A stretch of 64,000 bases of DNA from an uncultured Fimbriimonadaceae bacterium (GCA_964405335.1 CAYONP010000017.1:8570-72569), one strand, 5' to 3'; counted from the first letter of the stretch, positions 8,080 through 17,822 are shown. Notes: a model not told the origin generated them from the sequence alone. Numbers and translations are program-made.

Positions 8080-9350
8080 GCGACACCTCCAAACAGGGGC
8101 AGAATGAGCCCGTGCGCCGCGACACAGCCGCCTGCGACCAGCCTGCCGGCCAGCCTGCGCCGGGGCGGGTCGATCATCGTCTCGGCGCCGAGCAGCAGCG
8201 GCCCGACCAGCGCCCCGAGCACCGGCACCAGGTATCGCCCGCCGTGGATGCCGATTTCGAAATCCTGCCACACGAACTGCTGCAGGAGAAGGCCGACCAT
8301 CACCGCGTAGAGCACCAGCGGCACGGCCATGATGGCACGGTCGCCCCCCGCGCGCCAGCGCCGGACCAGGCCGACGCCGGCCAGCAGCACCACCACGAGC
8401 ACCGCCAGCGAGATGACCTGCGACGCGGTCCAGCCCCACAGCGGCAGCAGCCAACCGGGCAGGAGTGTCGCCGGCACCGCGCCGAAGAGGACCATCAGCA
8501 CCTGGGTGACGAGCAGTGCCGCGGCATCCGGCTCGGCCAGTTGGTGCCAGCCGTAGAGCAGCGGGTTGGCGTGCGCCCGCGGCAGCGCGACACCGTAGAG
8601 CTGTTGGTTGCGCAGCGCCCACAGCGCCACCGGCAGCAGCGACAGGGCGAAGCCGAGCAGCGGCCGCGCGGCGCGCCCGCGGCGGACCAGCCAGACCGCG
8701 ACGGAGAACGGCACGAACGCGGCGAGAGTGAGCTTGGTGACCAGCCCGGCGCCGAGCAGCAGCGCCAACCAGAGCGCTTCGCGGGGCGCCGGCGGCTGGG
8801 TGAACAGGCGCATCGTCCGCCACAGCAGCAGACAGCCCAGCGCGTAGGCCAACCCGTCGTTGGTCACGCCGACGCAGAGGAAGACCGGCGCCGGCAGCAG
8901 CGCACAGGCGGGCAGCGCGCCGCGGAGCAGCGACGGCTCACCGCGGGCGAAAACCTCGTCGGCCAGCCGGCAGAGGGCGTACAGCGCCAGCAGGCCCCAG
9001 AGCAGGCCGGGCAGGCGCACCAGCCGTCCGCCCGCGCCGACGGCGTCGAGCAGGCGGTACCAGGAGGCATAGGCCAGGTAGGCCAGCGGCGGGTGCTGGG
9101 CCTGGTAGGTCGCCGGTCCGGCCAGGCCGGTCGGACGGGCGGCAAAGCCGATCACGCGGCCGCCCTGCCGCACCGGCTCGGGCAGCTCGGCCAGCACCGG
9201 CAGCCGGCCGGCGAGGATGGCGCGGACATAGGCGTCGTGCTCGGCCTCGTCGGGCGCCGAGAGCGGTGGCACGACCGCCTGGTAGACGAGGCAGAGGCCG
9301 CACAGGGCGAGGGCGAGCAGCAGGCGGTCGCGCCGTTCAGGGTTTGGCAC
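8076..9350 (-). CDS. polytopic membrane protein, GT-C-like glycosyltransferase candidate
   Basis: 424 aa with about 10 hydrophobic helices. The first loop carries PDEAEHDAY, reminiscent of GT39/DUF2142-type GT-C enzymes (tentative). The start overlaps the rel stop region (9337-9350). Confidence 0.6.
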   Translation of the reverse strand: MPNPERRDRLLLALALCGLCLVYQAVVPPLSAPDEAEHDAYVRAILAGRLPVLAELPEPVRQGGRVIGFAARPTGLAGPATYQAQHPPLAYLAYASWYRLLDAVGAGGRLVRLPGLLWGLLALYALCRLADEVFARGEPSLLRGALPACALLPAPVFLCVGVTNDGLAYALGCLLLWRTMRLFTQPPAPREALWLALLLGAGLVTKLTLAAFVPFSVAVWLVRRGRAARPLLGFALSLLPVALWALRNQQLYGVALPRAHANPLLYGWHQLAEPDAAALLVTQVLMVLFGAVPATLLPGWLLPLWGWTASQVISLAVLVVVLLAGVGLVRRWRAGGDRAIMAVPLVLYAVMVGLLLQQFVWQDFEIGIHGGRYLVPVLGALVGPLLLGAETMIDPPRRRLAGRLVAGGCVAAHGLILPLFGGVA

Positions 9351-11877
9351 GGACTTGGTTGCCGCGGGGCGCGGGTTTGCTCAGGTGGCCTTTGTCGGCG
9401 TCGAGGTAGATCTGGCCGCGGATGGAGAGCTTGAGCACCCCTAGGTCGGGCACCCGTCGGATCAGCTCATCGAGCTGCCGGCGGTCGATCAGCTCGAGCT
9501 TGAGCTTGACCGTGGCCAGGTGGTTGCCGCCCGAGACCCTCAGCCGCGCCTCGGAGTTGGTGTGCGCGCCGAGGATATTGATGCCCAGCTCGGCGGTCAG
9601 TCCGGTCAGGTCGCGCAGCAGGCCGATGCGGTCGAAGGCGACCAGCTCGAGCGGCACGTCGTAGAGCATGCTCTCGGTCTGTTCCCAGTCGAGCTCGACG
9701 CAGCGCTGCGGCTCCTTGGTGCGGAGGTGGCGGAAGTTGGAGCAGTCGTCGCGGTGGATGGCGATCCCGTTGCCGCGCGTGATATACCCGCCGATGGCAT
9801 CGCCAGGAATGGGCAGGCAGCATTTGCTGCGGCGGTACATCAGGTTCTCGACGCCGCGGAACGAAACCGCCGCGCGGCTCGACGACTCGCCGTCGGGCTC
9901 GCCGAAGCCGACCTCCTCGGGCCGCCGCAGGCCGGCCGCCTCGGCCGCCTCGTCGAGGTCCTGAACCATCAGGTTAAGCACGCTCTGGACCGACAGTCGG
10001 CCGTCGCCGAGCGCGGTCAGCAGCTCCTCTTCGTTGGTGAAGCTGCGTCGCCGGGCGACCCGCATGAGCAGGTCCTCGACCGGCTGGTCGGTGCCCCTGC
10101 GGCGGTGCTGCGGCGGCAGCTCGCGGTCGCGGCGGTACAGCTCGTGGAGCCCGATGCGCTGCCGCGCGGCCTCCTCTTCGAGCAGCTTCTGCCCCTTCTC
10201 GATCAGGCTCTCGCGGTCCTTGCGCCGGTGGTACTGCCGGATCCGGTTCCGCGCCGTGGCGGTCTGCACAAACTGCAGCCAGTCGCGGCTCGGGCCGGTG
10301 TTGCGCTGGCGGATGATCTCGCACTGGTCGCCGCTGCGCAGCCGGTAGCTCAGCGGCACGATGCGCTTGTTCACCTTCCCGCCGATGCAGGTGTGGCCGA
10401 CCTCGGTGTGGATGCGGTAGGCAAAGTCGACCACCGTCGCGCCCTGGGGCAGGTTGATCACCTCGCCCTTGGGCGTGAACACGAACACTTCTTCGTCGAC
10501 CAGGTTGGCCTCGAGCTCGCGTAGGAAGTCGCTATTCCCCTCGTCGTCGTCCGCGTCGCCACCCCTTGCGGCCTCGAACAGCCGGCGCATCACCGTCAGC
10601 CGCTCGGCGAAGGTCTCGTCGACCGCGCCGTCTTCTTTGTAGCGCCAGTGGGCGGCCACGCCCGATTCGGCCTGCCGGTGCATCTCGGCGGTACGGATCT
10701 GGACCTCCATCGGTCCGTGGCCCGGGACAATCACCTTGGTGTGGATCGAGCGGTAGCCGTTCGACTTCGGGTGGCTGAGATAGTCGGTGAACTGCTCGGT
10801 CTGGTGCTTCCACAGCGCGTGGACGATGCCCAGAGTCTGGTAGCAGGCGCCGACCGACTGGGTGATCACCCGAATCGCCTCGAGATCGTAGACGTCGTCG
10901 AAGTCGATCCCCTGGCGCTTCATCTTGCACCAGATGCTGTACAAGTGCTTCGGCCGGCCGTAGACCTCGGCGGCGATGCCGGCCCGGTCGAGCTGCTCCT
11001 GGATCCGCGACACCACGCCGTCGATCTCGGCCAGGCGCTCCTCGCGGGTCCGCGCCACGCGCCGCTCGAGGGCAAAGAACGCCTCGGGGTTGAGATACCG
11101 GAAGGCGAGGTCTTCCATCTCCCACTTGATTCGCCAGATGCCCAGCCGGTCGGCCAGCTTGGCGTACAGCACTTCCGTCTCGCGGGCGATCTTGAGCTGC
11201 TTCTCGCGCCGCTTGGCAAACAGCGTCTGCATGTTGTGCAGGCGGTCGGCCAGCTTGATGATCAGCACCCGCACGTCTTTCGCCGCGGCGACCACCATGC
11301 GGCGCAGGTTCTCGGCCTGCAGGCGCAGGCGCGCGGCGTCGTCATCGTCGTCGGTGTCGACCGCCGCGCAGGGCACGCTCGACTCGGCCGAGAGGCGCAC
11401 CGCGCTGACCCGCGTGACGCCGTCGACCAGCCCGGCGATGGTCTCGCCGAACTCCTCGCGGAGCTGGTGCGAGACGTCCTCCTTGAGCTTCTCGATGAAC
11501 GCCTCGTGGCCACGGATCTGGCTCCGCAGCTTCTCCGCCTGGCCCTTCTTGCGCGAGACATCGAGCGCTTCCAGCTCGCGCCGCAGCGCCTTCGTCTGGC
11601 GCTCCTCGTCCTGGGCACAGTCCTCCACCGTGTCGTGGAGCAGGCAGGCGGCCAGCGCTTCCTCGTCGGCCTCGATATCGGCGAGGATGAAGCTGGCCTC
11701 GAGCGGGTGGATGATGTACGGCTCTCCGCTCTGACGTAGCTGTTGGCGATGCACATCGGCGGCGAAGGCGAAGGCGCGGCGGAGCAGGTCGAGGTCGGCC
11801 ACGGGGCGGTACGACACCACCCGCTCGGTCAGCTCCTCGAACCGCCGGTCGATCTCGGCCAGAGTCAGCTCGCTCAT
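9337..11877 (-). CDS. rel: bifunctional (p)ppGpp synthetase/hydrolase, RelA/SpoT family
   Basis: 846 aa. It has an HD domain (HPLEASFILA, LLHDTVEDC, IKLADRLHNM), a synthetase domain (YRSIHTKV, EVQIRT), a TGS domain (VFVFTPKGEVINLPQGATVVDFAYRIH) and a C-terminal ACT-like domain. Confidence 0.95.
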   Translation of the reverse strand: MSELTLAEIDRRFEELTERVVSYRPVADLDLLRRAFAFAADVHRQQLRQSGEPYIIHPLEASFILADIEADEEALAACLLHDTVEDCAQDEERQTKALRRELEALDVSRKKGQAEKLRSQIRGHEAFIEKLKEDVSHQLREEFGETIAGLVDGVTRVSAVRLSAESSVPCAAVDTDDDDDAARLRLQAENLRRMVVAAAKDVRVLIIKLADRLHNMQTLFAKRREKQLKIARETEVLYAKLADRLGIWRIKWEMEDLAFRYLNPEAFFALERRVARTREERLAEIDGVVSRIQEQLDRAGIAAEVYGRPKHLYSIWCKMKRQGIDFDDVYDLEAIRVITQSVGACYQTLGIVHALWKHQTEQFTDYLSHPKSNGYRSIHTKVIVPGHGPMEVQIRTAEMHRQAESGVAAHWRYKEDGAVDETFAERLTVMRRLFEAARGGDADDDEGNSDFLRELEANLVDEEVFVFTPKGEVINLPQGATVVDFAYRIHTEVGHTCIGGKVNKRIVPLSYRLRSGDQCEIIRQRNTGPSRDWLQFVQTATARNRIRQYHRRKDRESLIEKGQKLLEEEAARQRIGLHELYRRDRELPPQHRRRGTDQPVEDLLMRVARRRSFTNEEELLTALGDGRLSVQSVLNLMVQDLDEAAEAAGLRRPEEVGFGEPDGESSSRAAVSFRGVENLMYRRSKCCLPIPGDAIGGYITRGNGIAIHRDDCSNFRHLRTKEPQRCVELDWEQTESMLYDVPLELVAFDRIGLLRDLTGLTAELGINILGAHTNSEARLRVSGGNHLATVKLKLELIDRRQLDELIRRVPDLGVLKLSIRGQIYLDADKGHLSKPAPRGNQVRAKP

Positions 11878-11901
11878 CTCCGGCTACGTCGTCCGCGCGC
11901 C

Positions 11902-12741
11902 TCATCGCCACCGACAGCATAGCACCATGGCCGCCCGCAGCGCCAGCAGCGGCGCCGCCAGCGCCGCCGCCAGCGGGCCGTGGTGAATCCAAACATAACG
12001 CCACATGCTCAAGTGGTGAGCCCGGATCATGCGCCGCGGCACGTGATCGGTGCTCGCGCCGACCCGATGCGTGACCACCGCCGTGGGCAGATAGACAACC
12101 GGCCAACCGGCCAGATGCGCCCGCCGGCACCAGTCCATGTCCTCGCAGAACATGAAGAACCGGCCGTCGAGCGGCCCGATCTGCTCCAGCGCCTCGCGCC
12201 GAACCAGGATGCAGGCGCCGCTCAGCCAGTCGACCGGCGCCGGCCGGTCGTGTCGCCACGCTTCCATCAGGTACCCGGCGGCCCAGCGGTTGCGCGGAAA
12301 CAACCGTCCCAACGGCGTGTTGCGAAAGACCAGCGCGCCGAGGCTGGGGAACCTGCGGCACGACGGCTGCAAGCTGCCGTCGGGGTTGAGCAGCCGAGCG
12401 CCCAGGAAGCCGACCTCCGGATGCTCGTCGGCGTAGGCCACCATTCTACCTAACGCATCGGCATGGACGATCGTGTCGGGGTTGAGGGTCAGCAGGTAAC
12501 GCCCTCGCGCCGTGCCGAAGGCGAGGTTGTTCGCCCGGGCAAAGCCCAGGTTGCCCCGCGCATGGACCAGCCGGACCCAGGGAAAGCGCCGGGCGACCAG
12601 GCCGGGCGAGCCGTCGCGCGAGGCGTTGTCGACCAAGATCACCTCGGTGCTCGCATCGCCGGCCAGCGACGCGAGCGAGGCCAGGCAGCGGCCCAGGTCA
12701 TCGCCGGCGTTCCAGTTGACGATCACAACACTGAGCTTCAC
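11902..12741 (-). CDS. family 2 glycosyltransferase
   Basis: MKLSVVIVNWNAGDDL, VDNASRDGS, NLGFARANN and LNPDT are typical GT2 (rhamnosyltransferase-like) motifs. Confidence 0.9.
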   Translation of the reverse strand: MKLSVVIVNWNAGDDLGRCLASLASLAGDASTEVILVDNASRDGSPGLVARRFPWVRLVHARGNLGFARANNLAFGTARGRYLLTLNPDTIVHADALGRMVAYADEHPEVGFLGARLLNPDGSLQPSCRRFPSLGALVFRNTPLGRLFPRNRWAAGYLMEAWRHDRPAPVDWLSGACILVRREALEQIGPLDGRFFMFCEDMDWCRRAHLAGWPVVYLPTAVVTHRVGASTDHVPRRMIRAHHLSMWRYVWIHHGPLAAALAAPLLALRAAMVLCCRWR

Positions 12742-12774
12742 CGCGCCGGCTCCATCTGCCCGGACAGGTGCTCC

Positions 12775-12788
12775 GGCACACGCCCTGC
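12775..12788 (+). promoter_or_regulatory. candidate sigma-54 -24/-12 element
   Basis: GGCAC-ACGCC-CTGC has correct GG-N10-GC spacing and lies about 80 nt upstream of ATG 12867. It is a weak match (C instead of T at two consensus positions) and could arise by chance in GC-rich DNA. Confidence 0.25.
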
Positions 12789-12866
12789 CTTACCGTCGCG
12801 GTCCGCCGGTGGCGGCTGGAAGGGCTCGGCCAGCGGGGCGCCAATCCGCGCTCGGGAGTCTGTACC

Positions 12867-13853
12867 ATGGCGGGTCTGAAGGTTGGGCTGGTCGGTCTCG
12901 GCGGCGTTGCCGGTTGGACGCACTTGCCCGCGCTCGAACGGATCGACCCCGCGGTCGCCCGGCTGCACGCGGTCTGTGACATCGACCCGGCGAAGGTGGC
13001 CAAGACCACCGAGAAGTACGGCGTGGCCGGCTACACCAGCCCGGCCGAGCTGATTGACTCAGGCGGCTGCGATTGCGTCATCGTCGGCATCCCGCCGCAT
13101 GTCCACGGCGATCTCGAGGACCGGCTGATCGACGCCGGCCTGCCGTTCCTGATGGAGAAGCCGGCTCACCGGCACATTGAGCGCGCGGTCGCCATCGCCG
13201 ACCGCGTCGACCAGGCCGGTCTGGTCGCCGGGGTGGGCTACCTCGACCGCTACCAGGTCTCGAACGACGCGGTGCGCGCCTACCTCGCCGAGTCGCCGGC
13301 CGGGCTGTTCACCGGCTACTGGATCGGCGGTGTCTACAACGTGCCCTGGTGGATCCATCGCGACGAGGGCGGCGGCCAGCACTTCGAGCAGACGACGCAC
13401 ATCTTCGATCTCAGTCGCTACTTCTTCGGCGAAGTGGTCGAGGTCACCGCCCGCGGCATGACCGGCCTGAACACCGACTTCGCCGGCTACGACATCGAGG
13501 ACGCCAGCGCGGTCACGCTGGTCTTTGCTTCGGGCCTGGTCGGCGTGGTTTGGAGCGGCTGTTTCCAGCGCGGCGGGCCGGGGCGCAACGGCTTCGACAT
13601 CTTCTGCCGCCAGGGGCGGATCGAGTATCACAACCGCAGCCACGTGGTCATCCACCGAGGTGATCGGAGCGAGCGGACCGAGCGTGAGACCGACCAGGCG
13701 GTGGCCGAGGACCTGGCCTTCTTCGCCGCGGTGACCAGCGGCGACGCGACGCGGATGCGCTCGCCCTATCGCGACGGCGTTCGTTCGCTGGCCCTCAGCG
13801 CGGCGGCGTCCGAGAGCATGGCCACCGGCCGGGCGGTGCGGCCGGCGATCTAG
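12867..13853 (+). CDS. Gfo/Idh/MocA family oxidoreductase
   Basis: Start moved to ATG 12867, giving MAGLKVGLVGLGGVAGW (Rossmann GxGxxG). The upstream 33 codons of the track ORF look non-coding. Confidence 0.85.
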   Translation: MAGLKVGLVGLGGVAGWTHLPALERIDPAVARLHAVCDIDPAKVAKTTEKYGVAGYTSPAELIDSGGCDCVIVGIPPHVHGDLEDRLIDAGLPFLMEKPAHRHIERAVAIADRVDQAGLVAGVGYLDRYQVSNDAVRAYLAESPAGLFTGYWIGGVYNVPWWIHRDEGGGQHFEQTTHIFDLSRYFFGEVVEVTARGMTGLNTDFAGYDIEDASAVTLVFASGLVGVVWSGCFQRGGPGRNGFDIFCRQGRIEYHNRSHVVIHRGDRSERTERETDQAVAEDLAFFAAVTSGDATRMRSPYRDGVRSLALSAAASESMATGRAVRPAI

Positions 13854-13911
13854 CCGCGTGCCAACCTGCTAAACAGTGCGCCGTCCGCCGCCGATAGACT
13901 GGAGACGGCCG

Positions 13912-14709
13912 ATGGCCGACACCCTTCTGGCCATGCTGGCCAAGCCGCCGGTGCCGGGCCGGGTCAAGACCCGCTTGACCCGCGATGGTGCCTACAGCGC
14001 CGACGAGGCGGCGCGGCTCTATGCCGCCTGCCTGCGCGACGCGACGGCGCGGCTGGCCTGCCCGGAGCGGTGGAGGCTGGTCGTGGTGCATCCGCCCGGC
14101 GAGCCGGGCGACGCCCTGCGCGAGCTGGTCGACCAGCGGGCCGAGGTGCGCTCCGAGCCGGTCATCACGACCGAGTCTCGTGACCTCGGCGCGGTGATTG
14201 CCGACCTGGTCGCCGCCGGCCTCGAGGCTGGGGCCGGCAAGGTCGCCGTGATTGGCAGCGACGCGCCGCATCTGCCGCGCGAGCGGATCGATGAGGCGTT
14301 GGCGCGGCTCGACCACGATGACCTGGTGCTTGGGCCCGACGAGGGGGGTGGCTGTTATCTGATCGGCGGCCGCGTGCCGCTCGATTGGCTGACCGCCACC
14401 GCCGCCGAGGGACCGGTCGCCTGGAGCCGGGGCACCGACCACGACGAGTTACGGCGCCGCGCGGCGCGGCGAGGCCTGCGGTGCGGGCGGCTGCCCGCCT
14501 GCTTCGACCTCGACGAGCCAAGCGACGTGGACCGCCTGCGGGCCGAGCTGGCCGCGGGGACGATCGACGGCAGCGACCTGCCGCACGTCCGCGCGGTGCT
14601 CGCCGCCCTCGGTCCCCGCCGGCCGCAGGTGAGTCACGATGCGTCTGGACTACATGCAGGAAGCGCGGCAGGAGCAGACGCTCAGCCCGCGGATGATCCA
14701 GTTCTATGA
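13912..14709 (+). CDS. DUF2064-type (TIGR04282-like) nucleotidyl/glycosyl-transferase-like protein
   Basis: ATG 13912 with GGAGA upstream. The pattern LAKPPVPGRVKTRL ... VIGSDAPHLP ... LGPDEGGGCYLIGG is typical of DUF2064. The 3' tail overlaps rpoN by 71 nt. Confidence 0.7.
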   Translation: MADTLLAMLAKPPVPGRVKTRLTRDGAYSADEAARLYAACLRDATARLACPERWRLVVVHPPGEPGDALRELVDQRAEVRSEPVITTESRDLGAVIADLVAAGLEAGAGKVAVIGSDAPHLPRERIDEALARLDHDDLVLGPDEGGGCYLIGGRVPLDWLTATAAEGPVAWSRGTDHDELRRRAARRGLRCGRLPACFDLDEPSDVDRLRAELAAGTIDGSDLPHVRAVLAALGPRRPQVSHDASGLHAGSAAGADAQPADDPVL

Positions 14710-16015
14710 GATGCTCCAGTGCCCGCTGCAGGAGCTGGACACCATCATCTCGCGGGAGCTGAGCGAGAACCCGGCGCTCGAGGTCGTCGACCGAGCACCC
14801 GAGCCCGACGAGGAGCGTCCCGACGCGCGGCTGGCCAACGGCCCCGGCGCGCGGACCTGGACCGCCGACGGCGCGGCCGAGAGCGAGGGCGGCGCCGATG
14901 ACCCCATCGCCGCGTTGCCCTGCCCGGTGACGCTGCAGCAGCACCTCGGGTGGAGCTTCCGCGCCCTCGCCCAGACCCACGAAGAAGAGCGCATCGGGCT
15001 GCGGATCATCGACGACATCAACGATGACGGCTACTTCGAGTCGGGCATCGGCGAGATCGCCATGCACCTCGGTGCCGACATCATCGAGGTCGAGCGTGTG
15101 CTCGGCCTGGTGCACCAGCTCGAGCCGAACGGCGTCGGCGCGCGCGACCTGCGCGAGTGTCTGCAGATCCAGCTCCACGCCCTGCGCGAGGCAGGCCGCG
15201 ACCATGTCGTCGCGGTGCGCCTGGTCGACGAGTGCTGGGACCCCTTCTGCCGGCGGCAATACACCAACTGCGCGCGGCGGCTGCGCTGCAGTGAGCAGGC
15301 GGTGGTCGACGCGGCCGAGTTCATCCGCAAGCAGACACATCCCTACCCGGGCCGGCAGTACCGCGTGCCGTGGAACCTCAGCCCGGCGGCACCGCAGGCC
15401 CGGCCCGAGGTGCGGATCGATGCCAACCCGCACGACGCGCCGCCGCCCTATGTCGCCGACGTGGTCGAGTCGCGGCGGATGACGCTGCGCATCGATCGCA
15501 TCTACCGCCGGCTGTTCGACGAGATCCAGAACGGCGCCGCCGCCTCGCCCGACGATGCCGAGCATGTCATGACCTGCGTGCGCCGCGCGCGGCAGTTCAT
15601 CCGCAGCATCAACCAGCGGCGTGAGACGGTCCGCCGCATCGCCCAGAAGGTGGCCAACGAGCAGGTGCCATTCCTGCGTTACGGGCGCACGCAACTGCGG
15701 CCGCTGACCCGCCTGCAGATCGCGCGCCAGCTCGGTATCCACGAGAGCACCGTCGGCCGCGCGGTGGCGGGCAAGTTTGTCCAACTGCCGAGCGAAGAGG
15801 TGGTGCAGTTCGAGCTTTTCTTCGACTCGTCGCAGCCGGTGCGCCTGGCGCTGCAGGAGCTGATCGACTCCGAAGACAAGCGGCACCCGAAGAGCGACCA
15901 GGAGCTGGCCGACGCGTTGTTCGAGCAGGGCCACGAGGTGGCGCGGCGAACCGTCGCCAAGTACCGCCAGATGCTGCGCATCCTGCCCGCGCACCAGAGG
16001 AAGCAGACCACGTGA
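14639..16015 (+). CDS. rpoN: RNA polymerase sigma-54 factor
   Basis: Region I is MRLDYMQEARQEQTLSPRMIQFYEMLQCPLQELDTIISRELSENPALE, followed by an acidic region II. The core-binding domain contains IIDDINDDGYF ... LEPNGVGARDLRECLQIQL. The HTH and RpoN box ARRTVAKYRQML are present. Confidence 0.92.
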   Translation: MRLDYMQEARQEQTLSPRMIQFYEMLQCPLQELDTIISRELSENPALEVVDRAPEPDEERPDARLANGPGARTWTADGAAESEGGADDPIAALPCPVTLQQHLGWSFRALAQTHEEERIGLRIIDDINDDGYFESGIGEIAMHLGADIIEVERVLGLVHQLEPNGVGARDLRECLQIQLHALREAGRDHVVAVRLVDECWDPFCRRQYTNCARRLRCSEQAVVDAAEFIRKQTHPYPGRQYRVPWNLSPAAPQARPEVRIDANPHDAPPPYVADVVESRRMTLRIDRIYRRLFDEIQNGAAASPDDAEHVMTCVRRARQFIRSINQRRETVRRIAQKVANEQVPFLRYGRTQLRPLTRLQIARQLGIHESTVGRAVAGKFVQLPSEEVVQFELFFDSSQPVRLALQELIDSEDKRHPKSDQELADALFEQGHEVARRTVAKYRQMLRILPAHQRKQTT

Positions 16016-17379
16016 GCGAAGCGCCCGGTCTCCCCGCCGTCACCACGCCCGGAGGCCCGGCGCGACGCCGCAAGCGGCGCAAGTATCCGCCCTTCTCGCG
16101 CCTGGCCGGCGCGCTGTGGCACACGCTGCGCACGTCGTTCGTGCGCCGGCCGCGGCCGGTCCACCTGTTCGTCGCCGTGGCCGACCATTGGGAACCGAGC
16201 CGCGGCAAGCCACCGGCCGAGGTGGCCGAGGCGCGGGTGCGGCGCTGGCTCGACCGCTACCCGGGCATGGCCGATGAGCACCGCGACTGGGACGGCCGCC
16301 CGCCGCGCCACACCTGGTTCTACCCCTGGGACGAGTGGCGCGACGGCGAGGTCGCCGCCATCTCCGAGCTGGTCTACCACGGCTATGGCGAAGTCGAGCT
16401 GCACCTACACCACGACGGCGACACCTCCGACTCGCTGCGCGCCAGCCTGGCCGCCGCGCTCGAGGCCTTCGGCCGGCACGGCGCGCTGATCACCGCCGAG
16501 GCGGAGCCGCGCCGGCGGTACGGCTTCATTCACGGCGACTGGTGCCTCGACAACAGCGACCCCGACGGCCGCTACTGCGGGGTCAACGACGAGCTGACCG
16601 TGCTGCGCGAGACCGGCTGCTACGCCGACTTCACCTATCCCGCGCCGAAGCCGAGCCAGCCGCCGATGCTCAACCGCATCTACCGCGCGATCGATGACCC
16701 CGCCCGCCCGCGCTCGGCCGACCGCGGCGCGCCGTTGACCGCCGGCCGGCCGACCGAGGGCGACCTGGTCATCCTGCCCGGCCCGCTGGGCATCAACCTG
16801 CGCGACTGGCACCACCGCTGGTACCCGGCGATTGAGCAGGGCGAGCTCACCCGCCACCAGCGCGTCACCCCCGCCCGGGTGCGCTTCTGGGTCTCGACCG
16901 GTGTCGGCGTGCGCGGCCGGCCCGACTGGGTGTTCATCAAGCTCCACAGCCACGGCTGCGTCGAGGACGACGAGTCGATCATGCTCGGCGAGCTGCGCCA
17001 CGAGCTGCACGCCATGCTCGAGGACGAGTGGAACGACGGCGAGCGCTACCGTCTGTACTACTGCACCTGCCGCGAGCTCTACAACCTCGCCGTCGCCGCC
17101 GAGCAGGGCTACCGCGGCGAGCCGGCCGGCGCGCTCGACCACGAGGTCAAGCCGCCGGTCAACAGCCTGCTCCGCGCCGATGGGCCGGTCGACGTGCGTG
17201 CGCTGAGCACAGGCCTGGGCGATGTGGCCAACCCCGGCGATGCTCCGGTCGATTGGTCGCTCAAGATCGGCCCGGTGGCCCGCGTCGTCGGTCCGGCTCG
17301 GCGCTTGTCGTGGCGCGGCGCGAGCGTCACGCTCGACGGCGCGGCGGAACTGACCCGCCGCGAGGAGAGCGCGACGTGA
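16012..17379 (+). CDS. hypothetical protein, possible metal-dependent hydrolase
   Basis: GTGA overlap with the rpoN stop. It has a basic N-terminus and His/Asp-rich motifs (VAVADHWEP, ELHLHHDGD, FIHGDWCLDN, IKLHSHG). The family is not recognised. Confidence 0.65.
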   Translation: MSEAPGLPAVTTPGGPARRRKRRKYPPFSRLAGALWHTLRTSFVRRPRPVHLFVAVADHWEPSRGKPPAEVAEARVRRWLDRYPGMADEHRDWDGRPPRHTWFYPWDEWRDGEVAAISELVYHGYGEVELHLHHDGDTSDSLRASLAAALEAFGRHGALITAEAEPRRRYGFIHGDWCLDNSDPDGRYCGVNDELTVLRETGCYADFTYPAPKPSQPPMLNRIYRAIDDPARPRSADRGAPLTAGRPTEGDLVILPGPLGINLRDWHHRWYPAIEQGELTRHQRVTPARVRFWVSTGVGVRGRPDWVFIKLHSHGCVEDDESIMLGELRHELHAMLEDEWNDGERYRLYYCTCRELYNLAVAAEQGYRGEPAGALDHEVKPPVNSLLRADGPVDVRALSTGLGDVANPGDAPVDWSLKIGPVARVVGPARRLSWRGASVTLDGAAELTRREESAT

Positions 17380-17822
17380 TCGTGCGCGAGGCGACCGAGG
17401 CCGACCTCGAGGCGCTGGTTGAGGGCAACCTGGGCGTGGCGACCGAGACCGAGGACAAGCAGCTCGACCGCGCGACGCTGGCCGCCGGCGTGGCCGCCGG
17501 GCTGGCCGATCGCGACAAGGCGCGCTACTTCGTCGCCGAGATCGACGGCCGGGTGGCCGGCATGTGCATGATCACCTACGAGTGGTCGGACTGGCGCAAC
17601 GGCTGGATTTGGTGGTTCCAGAGCGTCTATGTCTGGGCCGCCTACCGCCGCCGCGGCGTCTTCCGCGCCATCTGCGAACACGTCAAGGCGACCGCCGAGC
17701 AGGAGGGCGTGGTCGGCATGAGGCTCTATGTCGACCAGGACAACCAGGTCGCCCGCCACGTCTACGAGCAGCTCGGCCTGGCGCCCGGCCGCTACCTGGT
17801 GCATGAGGGCGGGTTTCGCTAG
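17376..17822 (+). CDS. GNAT family N-acetyltransferase
   Basis: GTG 17376 overlaps the previous stop (GTGA). 148 aa with a GNAT-like acetyl-CoA region YRRRGVFRAICEHV. The upstream part of track ORF 17028..17822 is Arg/Pro junk. Confidence 0.8.
   Translation: MIVREATEADLEALVEGNLGVATETEDKQLDRATLAAGVAAGLADRDKARYFVAEIDGRVAGMCMITYEWSDWRNGWIWWFQSVYVWAAYRRRGVFRAICEHVKATAEQEGVVGMRLYVDQDNQVARHVYEQLGLAPGRYLVHEGGFR

Noticed and set aside
7201-8823. N-terminally extended versions of several track ORFs: 7201..8823, 23912..26518, 27718..29115, 59752..61644, 61394..62947, 17028..17822, 41186..42310 and 43842..45311.
   Set aside because: The extensions overlap the neighbouring real gene and are Arg/Ala/Gly-rich. 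Internal starts give signal peptides or canonical N-termini, often with an RBS or a GTGA/ATGA coupling overlap, so I trimmed them.
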